From an uncultured bacterium (GTDB lineage: Bacteria > Muiribacteriota > Ozemobacteria > Ozemobacterales > Ozemobacteraceae), in the NCBI GenBank assembly GCA_964472075.1, contig CAYYIY010000001.1, positions 295-64,294 on the forward strand: a stretch of DNA of 64,000 nucleotides, written 5' to 3'. How positions within the stretch are numbered: position 1 is the stretch's first letter; the number at the start of each line of letters is the position of its first letter. Shown here piece by piece: positions 49,357-58,254 of this stretch. A program made the translations under genes and the position numbers. Under the pieces are notes generated by a model. The model saw only the letters and a list, made by a program, of their open reading frames with translations, searched no databases and had not been told where the DNA came from.

Positions 49357-50910
49357 TTAGCGGCCTTTCAGTTGATTGTACTGATCAGAATACTTCTGCA
49401 GATCAGTGTAGACCTTCCTGGCGTCATCGTATTTGCCCTGTTCCACCAGCTTGTTGTATTTCATGTAGGTCTCGTAGTATGCCTTTTCCGCGGCCTGCAG
49501 CTCAGGTGAACCGGCGGTCGGGGCCTTCGCCTGGCCCATGTCGGCGGCAGGGCGATACATGTCGCCGCCCGGCACGCTCATGACACCCACGTTGCCGCTG
49601 TTCCCGATGGTGATGCTGCCGCCGACGGGATAGCCGGTATTGATGTTCCGGCCACGGTTGAACAGCTTGCTGACACTGTTCTGACCCTTGAACAACCCGA
49701 CAACCCACTTGGCAACCTTGCTGCCGAGGAAACCACCCGCGATACCGCCGATGATCGGCCCAATGATGGGAATCGGTGCACCCAGCATCATACCGATCGT
49801 CGAACCGATCGATGACCCGACCAGATCGACCGGGTCAATCGCCTTGATCGCCTTGGCAATCGAGAACTGACCATGGCGCAGATCGCCCGCCAGACTGCCG
49901 CCGATCGTGCCACCAGCACTGGCCAGCATGACCGGAATCAGCGATCCCGCAATGGCACCGATCGGGCCAGGCAGAAACGCCTTGACCAGCGATGCGGTGA
50001 ACTGACCACCCGCGGCACCCAGAGCCGAACCGACCACGCCACCCGCGAATTCGGCGCTGGCAACCATTTTCGCCGCCTTCTTGAATGAGGGTTTTTCGCC
50101 ATGGATCATCTGAATGGCCATGTTCGTGCCGACCGCAACGGTGGTCGTCACTGCCAGGTTGGTCAGAGAGAAGCTGTTCTTCAGCGAAGCCTTGGCATTC
50201 TGTGTGCCCTCAGCGATCCCTTTCGACAATTTGCCCGAGAATGTATCGGCATACTGAACCTGCTCGGGGCCGAGAACGCCGGTCGATTCTTTGGCAGGGC
50301 CCTTTTTGGCTTCATCTGTCTTCTTCGCCAGACCCAGTTTCTGGGCAACCGCGAGAATCTTCGAGCGAATCAGTGTGATCAGACTCTGCAGTCGCTCTTT
50401 GATCGCGGTCACAATGACCTTCAACTTATCGACGATGACATTGCCCTTGCCGCCGAGAGGCATTTCGCCGGCCTTTATGCCCAGCTGGTTCAAACCGACA
50501 CCGAGTTCCTGCTCAAAAGTCGTGTCAGGACCGATGCCGTGCGCCTGGTTCCATTCGGCAACCTGGCCGCGATATTGGGTCATTCCTTCTGATACAACCG
50601 ACTTCGTGTTGCCCAGAATGGCTCGAATGCGTTCCCCAATGCTCATGGCTTCCATGTTACTTGGGGCGATTTTGTTATAGAGCGGAGTTCCGATCGTTTC
50701 GATCTGCTGCAGCGAATTCTCGATCGTTTTCAGGTTGCTGTTCAAAACGCCGACTTCAGGGGAAGCCCCCAGCAGGGCTGCCCAGTTGAACGGAGGTTGT
50801 GCCTGGGGCCCGGTGATGACTTCCTGAGCGTAGGCACCGAAGGTCGACAGGGTGAAGACCAGAGCCGTGAACAATGAGAACACTCGAATGCGAAATCGGT
50901 TGCGAAACAT
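49357..50910 (-). CDS. secreted protein with multiple glycine-zipper (GxxxG) amphipathic segments; function unknown
   Basis: Signal peptide MFRNRFRIRVFSLFTALVFTLSTFGAYAQ. The central 200 aa are rich in small-residue repeats (GSALGAAGGQF, GPIGAIAGSLIPVMLASAGGTIGGSLAG, PIIGPIIGGIAGGFLGS). The C-terminal domain is Tyr/Lys-rich. Confidence 0.7.
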   Translation of the reverse strand: MFRNRFRIRVFSLFTALVFTLSTFGAYAQEVITGPQAQPPFNWAALLGASPEVGVLNSNLKTIENSLQQIETIGTPLYNKIAPSNMEAMSIGERIRAILGNTKSVVSEGMTQYRGQVAEWNQAHGIGPDTTFEQELGVGLNQLGIKAGEMPLGGKGNVIVDKLKVIVTAIKERLQSLITLIRSKILAVAQKLGLAKKTDEAKKGPAKESTGVLGPEQVQYADTFSGKLSKGIAEGTQNAKASLKNSFSLTNLAVTTTVAVGTNMAIQMIHGEKPSFKKAAKMVASAEFAGGVVGSALGAAGGQFTASLVKAFLPGPIGAIAGSLIPVMLASAGGTIGGSLAGDLRHGQFSIAKAIKAIDPVDLVGSSIGSTIGMMLGAPIPIIGPIIGGIAGGFLGSKVAKWVVGLFKGQNSVSKLFNRGRNINTGYPVGGSITIGNSGNVGVMSVPGGDMYRPAADMGQAKAPTAGSPELQAAEKAYYETYMKYNKLVEQGKYDDARKVYTDLQKYSDQYNQLKGR

Positions 50911-51029
50911 CTTCTTTACCTCCGTTTGCGTTTGAAACCCGTCAGTACGCCCAAAACGCAGAGATTTTACTCAATTATATGAATGCCCATCGAGAGCGTC
51001 AATGCCTCGACGCACGAATGATGGGCGGT

Positions 51030-52112
51030 TCAGCCGTGCAGGGCTTGTACCGTTTTCGCATCGAGATGCCGGATGACGTCGACCACCAGAGAGACGGTGT
51101 TCTCGAAATCCTGCAGGTGCATCAGCCCCAGATGACTGTGAGCATACCGCACCGGAACCCCGATGACCATCGAGGGAACCCCGCGCGAAAACACGTGAAT
51201 GACTGACGCATCGGTTCCACCGCTGTCGCGTACGGCCATCTGGAACGGCAGTTTCAAGGCCGCGGCCCGGTCACGGAAGAGTTCGACCAGACGGGGATTG
51301 GTAACCATGGTCGGATCATAGGCCCTGATCTGCGGCCCTTTTCCCATGGCGCATTGCACGAAGTCAGCCGCTCCGGGCAGATCGTCGGCCGGCGGACCTT
51401 CGAGAATAATGGCCACATCAGGGTCAGCGAGAGTCACCGCGGTTTTGGCGCCGCGAATGCCGACTTCCTCCTGCGCGGTTCCGGCCCCGATCACGATGTT
51501 CGGGTGGTTTTTGCCGAGGCGATGCATGACCTCAATCATAAGCGCACAGCCGACGCGATCGTCAAACGCTTTCGACGAGATGACATGCGGGTTGGCCATT
51601 TCCTGAAAGGTGACCGCGGGAACGATCGCCTGTCCGAGTTCGACGCCCATCTCACGCGCTTCTTTCGCACTGCAGGCACCGATATCGATGACCATGTTCT
51701 TGATCGCCATGACTTTCTCGCGATCCGCCGGACTCAGGTGATGCGGCGGCGCAGCCCCGATCACGCCCGGCACTTCGCCCTTCGGCGTCAGAATCAGCAC
51801 GCGCTGCGAGGGCAGCACATGGGGCCACCAGCCACCGAGCGGTACGAACTTGATCAGACCCGATTCGGAAATCGCCTTCACCATGAACGCGACTTCGTCC
51901 ATGTGGGCGGCCAGCATGACGCGCGGGCCTCCGGCTTTGCCGGTTTTCTCGACCAGAATACTGCCCAGGCGGTCTCGACTCACCTGACCAAGGCCCTTAA
52001 GCTCCTTTTCGATCACTTTGGCGACGGGGGCTTCAAACCCCGGAGCGCCGTGTGCGAGGGTCAGGGTTTTCAGCAGGTCGCGAGCACGCATGTTTGTCGT
52101 TTTGGTTGCCAT
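51030..52112 (-). CDS. M42 family metallopeptidase (glutamyl aminopeptidase/FrvX-like)
   Basis: A 360-aa ORF with a typical M42 layout (N-terminal GAPGFE, HMDEV, and the DDR..C..GAGTAQEEVG region). Confidence 0.8.
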   Translation of the reverse strand: MATKTTNMRARDLLKTLTLAHGAPGFEAPVAKVIEKELKGLGQVSRDRLGSILVEKTGKAGGPRVMLAAHMDEVAFMVKAISESGLIKFVPLGGWWPHVLPSQRVLILTPKGEVPGVIGAAPPHHLSPADREKVMAIKNMVIDIGACSAKEAREMGVELGQAIVPAVTFQEMANPHVISSKAFDDRVGCALMIEVMHRLGKNHPNIVIGAGTAQEEVGIRGAKTAVTLADPDVAIILEGPPADDLPGAADFVQCAMGKGPQIRAYDPTMVTNPRLVELFRDRAAALKLPFQMAVRDSGGTDASVIHVFSRGVPSMVIGVPVRYAHSHLGLMHLQDFENTVSLVVDVIRHLDAKTVQALHG

Positions 52113-52160
52113 AATCTCTTTCTTTCCCTTTCGTGGAGTATCGTTCCGTGTTGCGATGGT

Positions 52161-53717
52161 TCAGAGTCGGCGCACCGGGCGGCCGGTGCGGGTCGCGAGC
52201 AATTTTCGCGATTCGAACTCGAGGGTTTCATTGACCTCGCCGTCGAGTTCGTATACCCGCTTGGCGGCCAGCAGACCGGCGACCGTCTCTTTTTGACACG
52301 CTTCCCGACGCAGCGAGGTCCGCTGCAACTGCCGGCGTCTGATCCCGAGCGTGGGAAGTTCGCGATAGAGCAGGTTTTCGATGGCTTCGGCATCGGCAGG
52401 GCGGCACATGACGGCAAATCCGGTTCCGGGTCGCCCCTTCTTCATGAAGATCGGCGTCATGGCAACATCGAGAGCCCCGGCGCTCATGACGAGATCAGCA
52501 ACGTGTCCCAGCAGCTCGCCGGTTGCATTGTCCAGGTTGGTTTCGAGCAAGGTCACCATGTCAAGCTGTTTTCCCGAACTCACAGAGTCACCGAGAAAAG
52601 CTCTCAGCACATTCGGGTGCGCAAACTCCTTCTTCCCATGCCCGAAACCGACTCGATGATAGATAAATCCAGGCGGCAAGCCGATCTGCGCGTGCAATCC
52701 CCGCAGAATGGCCGCCCCCGTCGGGGTCGTCAGTTCGCCGACCACCCCCGGTTCGACAAATACGGGGAAACCTTCGAGCAGAATCGAGGTTGCCGGCGCA
52801 GGAACAGGCAGACGGCCATGCTGACAGGTGATAAAACCCGAGCCCAGCTGCACGGGGCCGGTAAACACCGAAGTAATGCCCAGATCATGCAGACAGATCG
52901 CGACTCCGACGAGATCGGCGATGCTGTCGCGAGCTCCGACCTCGTGAAAATGCACCTGGTCGGCCGGTTTTCCGTGAACTCTGCCCTCGGCTTCCGCCAG
53001 CGCCGCAAAACAGGCAAGAGCGGTGTCTCGCACGGCCGGGCTGAGGTCGGCCGTGCCGAGCAGATCGCGAATTTCGTTCAAACCGCGATGAACATGAGCA
53101 TGATCATGTTCATGCTCGTGCTTGCCACGTGATTCGAAGCGTTGAGCGCAGGTTTGACGGGCATGGTGATGATGGCCGTCGTGATGATGAGCATGTCGTT
53201 GATGATGTGACTCGCCATGCTTTTCCCTCTTTGCCTGCTTGTCTTTCTTCTTTTTTTCAGATTTGGCGGCTTTTCTCAGGCAATAGGCCTTTTCACGCTG
53301 ACACATCTTCAAATCCGCAACACCCCGCCGCTCTTCGTCCGACTCGTGATCATCGACTTTCAGCTTCAGATGCCCATCATGATCCTGATGGTCATGAGTA
53401 TCGTCACAGGAATGATCGTGGTGATGACCATGTTCGTGTTCATGCTCGTGTTCATGGTGATGATCGTGTGAATGCCCATGATCGTGGTCGTGATCGCCGT
53501 CTTCGCCGGAAGGGTCGTCGTCCGTCGTGTTGAAATAGGTGCCATCAAACCCCTTCCTGACCTGGCGCTCGACGATCAACTCCAGCCGCCCTTCGGCAAA
53601 AGGAATCGAGGCAAGCTGCCGGGAAAGCCGCTCAGGGTCGGCACCAAGATCGAGAAGTGAGCCGACCGCCATGTTTCCGGAAATCCCGGAAAACGGGTCC
53701 CAGTATAAGGTACTCAT
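52161..53717 (-). CDS. larC: nickel-pincer cofactor biosynthesis protein LarC (nickel insertase, DUF111/TIGR00299) with expanded His/Lys-rich insertion
   Basis: DUF111-like N-terminus MSTLYWDPFSGISGNMAVGSLLDLGAD. A roughly 150-aa low-complexity insert follows (HDHDHGHSHDHHHEHEHEHEHGHHHDH..KKKKDKQAKREKHGESHHQRHAHHHDGHHHH). The conserved C-terminal domain contains GRPG. It overlaps larB by 4 nt. Confidence 0.8.
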   Translation of the reverse strand: MSTLYWDPFSGISGNMAVGSLLDLGADPERLSRQLASIPFAEGRLELIVERQVRKGFDGTYFNTTDDDPSGEDGDHDHDHGHSHDHHHEHEHEHEHGHHHDHSCDDTHDHQDHDGHLKLKVDDHESDEERRGVADLKMCQREKAYCLRKAAKSEKKKKDKQAKREKHGESHHQRHAHHHDGHHHHARQTCAQRFESRGKHEHEHDHAHVHRGLNEIRDLLGTADLSPAVRDTALACFAALAEAEGRVHGKPADQVHFHEVGARDSIADLVGVAICLHDLGITSVFTGPVQLGSGFITCQHGRLPVPAPATSILLEGFPVFVEPGVVGELTTPTGAAILRGLHAQIGLPPGFIYHRVGFGHGKKEFAHPNVLRAFLGDSVSSGKQLDMVTLLETNLDNATGELLGHVADLVMSAGALDVAMTPIFMKKGRPGTGFAVMCRPADAEAIENLLYRELPTLGIRRRQLQRTSLRREACQKETVAGLLAAKRVYELDGEVNETLEFESRKLLATRTGRPVRRL

Positions 53718-54472
53718 GGTTTTCGTCCTTTCAGAATTCGTATCACGGCAACCGCGGCTCCGAATCCGTTGTCGATGTTCACGACGGCCAGCCCCGGAGC
53801 ACAGGAATTCAGCATGGTCAGCAGGGCGCTCAATCCCTGCAACCCCGCTCCGTATCCGACGCTTGTCGGTACCGCAATCAACGGAATGCTCGTCAACCCG
53901 CCCAGAACACTCGGCAACGCCCCTTCCATACCCGCCACCACGATGGCGGCATCCGCCTGCTGAAAGACAGGCAGTCGGTCGAGCAAGCGGTGAATGCCGG
54001 CCACACCGACGTCATAGACCCGCTCGACGCCGATACCGGCGAACTCAAGGGTCAGTCCCGCCTCTTCCGCCACCCGCAGGTCAGAGGTGCCGGCCGCGGC
54101 AATGGCGACCAGACCACGCGGCTTGTCCCGCTTTTCCTTGTACCAGGCCATTCCGGACAGCTCATGTATCTGAACTTTTCGGTTCTCTTTTTTCAGAGCT
54201 GCCAGCGCTTCAGGCGAGCAACGCGTCGCGAGAGCCTTCCCCTGGTGCTCGATCAGGCCGAAAAAAGCCTTGACGATCTGTTCGACCGACTTGCCGGCGC
54301 CGAACACCGCTTCGGGAAACCCGGTTCGATGCTCGCGCCCGGTGTCTAGACAGACATCGCTGTCGATGTGTTTTTTGGCGATGGGAGCCTGGAGAAGGCG
54401 CTCGGCCTCGAGCGCACTCAGACGACCCGACGCAACTTTGAGCAGAATGCTTTTGATGGTTTGTTGCCTCAT
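53714..54472 (-). CDS. larB: nickel-pincer cofactor biosynthesis protein LarB (PurE-like nicotinic acid adenine dinucleotide carboxylase/hydrolase)
   Basis: A 252-aa ORF with a PurE/AIR-carboxylase-like C-terminal fold (VAIAAAGTSDL...IVVAGMEGALPSVLGGL). It overlaps larE and larC by 4 nt each. Confidence 0.8.
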   Translation of the reverse strand: MRQQTIKSILLKVASGRLSALEAERLLQAPIAKKHIDSDVCLDTGREHRTGFPEAVFGAGKSVEQIVKAFFGLIEHQGKALATRCSPEALAALKKENRKVQIHELSGMAWYKEKRDKPRGLVAIAAAGTSDLRVAEEAGLTLEFAGIGVERVYDVGVAGIHRLLDRLPVFQQADAAIVVAGMEGALPSVLGGLTSIPLIAVPTSVGYGAGLQGLSALLTMLNSCAPGLAVVNIDNGFGAAVAVIRILKGRKP

Positions 54473-55359
54473 GTGGTGTGATTCCGATTGGTTGATCCGC
54501 GGCGATAGCCGGCTAAATCGAGCGTGATGTGCGCAAACCCCAGAGCTTTCAAGTTTTCAAGAATCTCGACGCGATGATCGAGAACCAGCGGGAATTGATC
54601 CGGTGCGCATTCGAGACGAGCCAGCCCGTCGTGATCGCGCAATCTCAGCTGCTGCAACCCGAAACCGGCAAGAAACGCTTCGGCACGATCGATGCGCTTC
54701 AACCGTTCAGAGCTTAACGGCTGACCGGCTGGAACTCGGGTCGCCAGACACGACTGCGACGGTCGCACGAACTCACCGGCGTTCATGGCGCAGAGACATT
54801 CGCGGATCAATTCCTTTGAAAACCCGGCAGATTCAAGCGGACTCAGCACCCCGGCCTCGCGAAGCGCCGCCTTGCCCGGCCGGTAGTCGCCGGCATCGTC
54901 GGTCACCGATCCCTCGACCAGCTGCCAGCCGGCGGGAACCTCTTCACGAATGCGAGCCACAACCAGTTTTTTACAGATGTAACAGCGATTGTCAGGGTTG
55001 TCGCGAAGAGCGGGGTCGGCAAGCACGTCAGCTGTGATCACCGTCAGCGGCAGGTCGAATCGGTCCGCGAGAGTGCGAACCCTTGCCGCGTCGGCTTCCG
55101 CAATGAAGTCGGTCTGCAGAAACACCGCCTTCATGCGATCGCCCAGCAGCCTGCGGGCCATGAGGGCGAGAAATCCACTGTCCATGCCACCCGAGAAGGC
55201 AACGACAACCCCGGAACAGACGGTCAGCCGAGCTTCAAGTTTTTCGAGGGCGGCTTTCGCAGCATTCGACAGACCCGCTCTTCCGGATACGGCGTCAGAA
55301 GCCTGAATGGGTGGCATTGTAGGTGTCTTCTGCTTCGTGACAGACATGGGCCGCATCAT
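54469..55359 (-). CDS. larE: ATP-dependent sacrificial sulfur transferase LarE (PP-loop ATP pyrophosphatase)
   Basis: PP-loop VAFSGGMDSGF and the Cys-containing motif DNRCYICK. The start is uncertain (ATG candidates at 55359, 55356, 55347 and 55317); the ORF-track start at 55650 gives an implausibly long N-terminus. Confidence 0.7.
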   Translation of the reverse strand: MMRPMSVTKQKTPTMPPIQASDAVSGRAGLSNAAKAALEKLEARLTVCSGVVVAFSGGMDSGFLALMARRLLGDRMKAVFLQTDFIAEADAARVRTLADRFDLPLTVITADVLADPALRDNPDNRCYICKKLVVARIREEVPAGWQLVEGSVTDDAGDYRPGKAALREAGVLSPLESAGFSKELIRECLCAMNAGEFVRPSQSCLATRVPAGQPLSSERLKRIDRAEAFLAGFGLQQLRLRDHDGLARLECAPDQFPLVLDHRVEILENLKALGFAHITLDLAGYRRGSTNRNHTT

Positions 55360-55717
55360 ACCATACCGGCGTTCGACGTGCCCCACCCGCAGGGTCATTT
55401 CGTTCTCCTTCGGTTTTCCGCCGGCAAGAGCGAAACTTGTGAGCCATTCGGCAAGAGGCGAACGGAGTCCGAGAGCAGGCTGCCGGATCGCAGGAGGCGA
55501 TTCGGCCTTGTCGTCTTCGCATGGATGCGAAGTCGACAAGGTTTCAGCCTCGATCTCGAGACGAGAGAGCACTCCCCGCCGCAATGGCGAATCGTTGAGC
55601 GATGCCGGCGGAAAAACAGAGTTTCGAAAGAACGAAATGACCCTGCCCACCCGAAAAAGGCTGGATATTCGCCCTCCGGGGAGGTAGAGTATCGACAGTG
55701 AAAGGACACAGTTGCGG

Positions 55718-56440
55718 ATGATCGATTTTCGAGGTCTGACAAAACGCTACGGCACCCGAACCGCGGTCGATGGGCTGACGTTCACCGTTCCAGACGGGGC
55801 GGTTTTCGGTTTTCTCGGCCCGAACGGTGCCGGCAAAACCACGACGATTCGCATGCTGATGGGGTTACTGCACCCGACCGCGGGACGAGCCGTGATCGAC
55901 GGCATCGACGTGACCGCCGATTCACTCGAAGTCAGGCGGCGGGTGGGGCATCTTCCTGACGAAATTTTTCTGTATGACTATCTGACCGGGCGGCAGTTTC
56001 TCGAATTCATCGGCGACGTGCACGGCCTCGAGCGATCACTTCGCGACCGGCGCATCAGCGAGTATCTCGAGTTTTTTCAGCTGTCGCATGCCGCCGACGA
56101 ATTTACCACCAATTACAGCTTCGGCATGAAGAAGAAACTGGCTCTGGCAAGCATCGTGCTGCATGATCCGAAGGTCCTGCTGCTCGACGAGCCGTTCAAC
56201 GGCCTTGACCCACAGGCGGTCAAAGACCTGCGCGAACTGCTCGAGAAAATGCGACGGTCGGGGGCGACGATCCTGTTTTCCAGCCATGTTCTCGAGGTCG
56301 TCGAAAAACTGGTCACCCACGTCGGCATCATTTCCGGCGGGCGTCTCAAGGGCGCCGGAACCCTTGAAGAGGTAACTTCATCCTTTGGCGGGTCGCTGGA
56401 AAAGGCGTACTTTGCCAATACCGGTCAGGAAGCAAGCTGA
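55718..56440 (+). CDS. ABC transporter ATP-binding protein
   Basis: Walker A GPNGAGKTT, signature SFGMKKKLALA, Walker B LLLDEPFNGLD. The ATG at 55718 is preferred over the ORF-track TTG at 55712. Confidence 0.8.
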   Translation: MIDFRGLTKRYGTRTAVDGLTFTVPDGAVFGFLGPNGAGKTTTIRMLMGLLHPTAGRAVIDGIDVTADSLEVRRRVGHLPDEIFLYDYLTGRQFLEFIGDVHGLERSLRDRRISEYLEFFQLSHAADEFTTNYSFGMKKKLALASIVLHDPKVLLLDEPFNGLDPQAVKDLRELLEKMRRSGATILFSSHVLEVVEKLVTHVGIISGGRLKGAGTLEEVTSSFGGSLEKAYFANTGQEAS

Positions 56441-56661
56441 AAAAGTCTCTCGGGCGACATCCTGCAGGAGAAACCAGGCACACTCGTCACAGAAAACAAT
56501 CATTTTGTCGAGACCCCAAGAGTCCTGACCATATGGCTTCTCACGCAATCTGGCTTCAGATAACTATGCAGTACACACAACGGTTTCACGGAACAAGCAA
56601 AACGGCGACCGCTCACTGAAGAACGACCGCCGTTCGAAAAGCTGGGTGTAAACGGACTACA

Positions 56662-57135
56662 TCAGTCTTTTCCGCAGAAAAGCCACTGAACGATCCACCA
56701 TTTATTGTCTTCCTTTTCCAGCACCACTTTCCCCTTGTTGTATTTCGTGTTGGGGCGGTAGGAATAGTTGACAGTCTTGTCAGTGGCGCTGACCACCTGA
56801 GAGTAGCGCATGCGGGTTCCCTGGGTTTTCAGACTCGCTTTGCTGATGGTCTTCAGCTTGGCACCAACTTCATCGCGCAGTTCAGGCTGATACAGCTTGA
56901 GGATCATGACCACGTTGCCAGCCAGACAGTATCTTTGGAGTTTCTTCAACACAGCCTGCGCTGCAGACGGAGGTGCATGCTCCTTGGTGGTCTGAGCAAA
57001 CAGTGTATCTCCGTTATCTCTGAGCAGGACGGAATCTTCAGATTCGGCGGGTGTCTCGGCCCAGACCGGCGCAGCGATGATGCCGACAAACAAACCGAGA
57101 ACGAGGGGCAGACTCAAAAATAATCGTTTCAGCAT
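56662..57135 (-). CDS. small secreted protein of unknown function
   Basis: Signal peptide MLKRLFLSLPLVLGLFVGIIAAPVWA. No recognisable domain. Confidence 0.55.
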   Translation of the reverse strand: MLKRLFLSLPLVLGLFVGIIAAPVWAETPAESEDSVLLRDNGDTLFAQTTKEHAPPSAAQAVLKKLQRYCLAGNVVMILKLYQPELRDEVGAKLKTISKASLKTQGTRMRYSQVVSATDKTVNYSYRPNTKYNKGKVVLEKEDNKWWIVQWLFCGKD

Positions 57136-57212
57136 AAGTTCCTCCTGATGCCGGAAAAGTGTACCAATGTTATCGTCACTTCTATTCTAAGAATTGCCGG
57201 CGAAGTGTCAAG

Positions 57213-57896
57213 CTATTGATCACGACTTTCTTTTCGAGCGCGATTCGCTTCGAGGTGCGCCAGTCTCGTGGGTTCCGGCAGGCGATATCCGCGGCAAAGG
57301 CTCCAGATGATGATTCGAGCTGATTCCACGCTGATTTTATGCCCTGGTGAGACAAAGATCGGATTGGCACCCCGTCGGGTACGGAGTACCGCGCCGATGG
57401 TCTGCGAGGCGCTCTCCAAGGGAGCGTAATCTCCAGGGTTCGGCCCAGGGTCGACAAAGTCGCCGAAAAAATGAGATTTTGCGCACCCAATACTCGGCAC
57501 ATCAAACCACACTCCCATGTGAGCCGCCAACCCCAACCCGCGCGGATGGGCAATTCCCTGGCCGTCGAAGACCAAAAGGTCAGGGGGGATTCGCAGGCGA
57601 GAAAACGCCTCAATCACCAAGGGTCCCTCACGAAACGTCAAAAATCCGGGAATGTACGGAAACGATGTTTCGCCGAAAGCATGGGCGCAATCAACGATGC
57701 GAAACGTGAAGCGGTCGATCACAACGATGGTGGCCCACAGATGACGGCTCCAGAACGCGGCTGAGCAGTCGACACCGGCGATGTACCGATATTCCCGAGA
57801 CCCGTCCTGCAACCTCACCAGAGCGCGCAGGCGGTCCTGAACACATCGAGCTTCTTCGACGTTCGTCGGCCACTGATGCAAAGGATGCAATCTCAA
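57213..57896 (-). CDS. nfi: endonuclease V (deoxyinosine 3' endonuclease)
   Basis: Collinear with E. coli Nfi: YIAGVDCSA, FPYIPGFLTFREGP, LLVFDGQGIAHPRGLGLAAHMGVWFDVPSIGCAKS, GYRLPEPTRLAH. Confidence 0.85.
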   Translation of the reverse strand: MRLHPLHQWPTNVEEARCVQDRLRALVRLQDGSREYRYIAGVDCSAAFWSRHLWATIVVIDRFTFRIVDCAHAFGETSFPYIPGFLTFREGPLVIEAFSRLRIPPDLLVFDGQGIAHPRGLGLAAHMGVWFDVPSIGCAKSHFFGDFVDPGPNPGDYAPLESASQTIGAVLRTRRGANPIFVSPGHKISVESARIIIWSLCRGYRLPEPTRLAHLEANRARKESRDQ

Positions 57897-58254
57897 GGCA
57901 AGACTGTCCTGTCGTTCTGATCAAACATTCTGTTCATTCTCCTCACATACATTTTCCATATCACCAGATGAGGTGTTCGCTTCGTTTTCCTCATACCTCA
58001 ATGATCTTCACTGAGATTGTAATGACTCATGACTCTCAAGCACACACCTTCTTCCGGTCCTTCAAGAGTGATGAGTAACATACTTCAGGGGCAGTCAAAT
58101 GAAGATCAGGCGCTATGTAGGGAAACTCGAGGCTTCAATAGGGCTTTTCCTGCAAACGCAACGATTTCATGTTATTGTACCATGATCGCAGCAACCAAGG
58201 TGAGGAGAGGTCTCAGTGATCAAGACCAGAAATCTTCGTTCAGGAGACGATGAC

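Noticed and set aside
51354-53132. 592-aa plus-strand ORF overlapping M42 peptidase and larC
   Set aside because: Its Arg/Asp/His-rich, low-complexity translation is antisense to two well-supported minus-strand genes. It is a shadow ORF.
53217-53548. Repeat-like CAT/GAT-rich stretch and small Met/Ile/Val-rich ORFs (53217..53471 +, 53366..53548 -); briefly considered as a CRISPR or tandem repeat
   Set aside because: The periodicity is codon-level (His/Asp/Glu codons) within the LarC His-rich insert. There are no spacer-like unique units, and the small ORFs are alternative-frame artefacts.
56601-56634. Possible bidirectional terminator between the ABC ATPase and the secreted-protein gene
   Set aside because: It has only a 7-bp stem with a 20-nt loop and poor flanking T or A runs, which is too weak to call.
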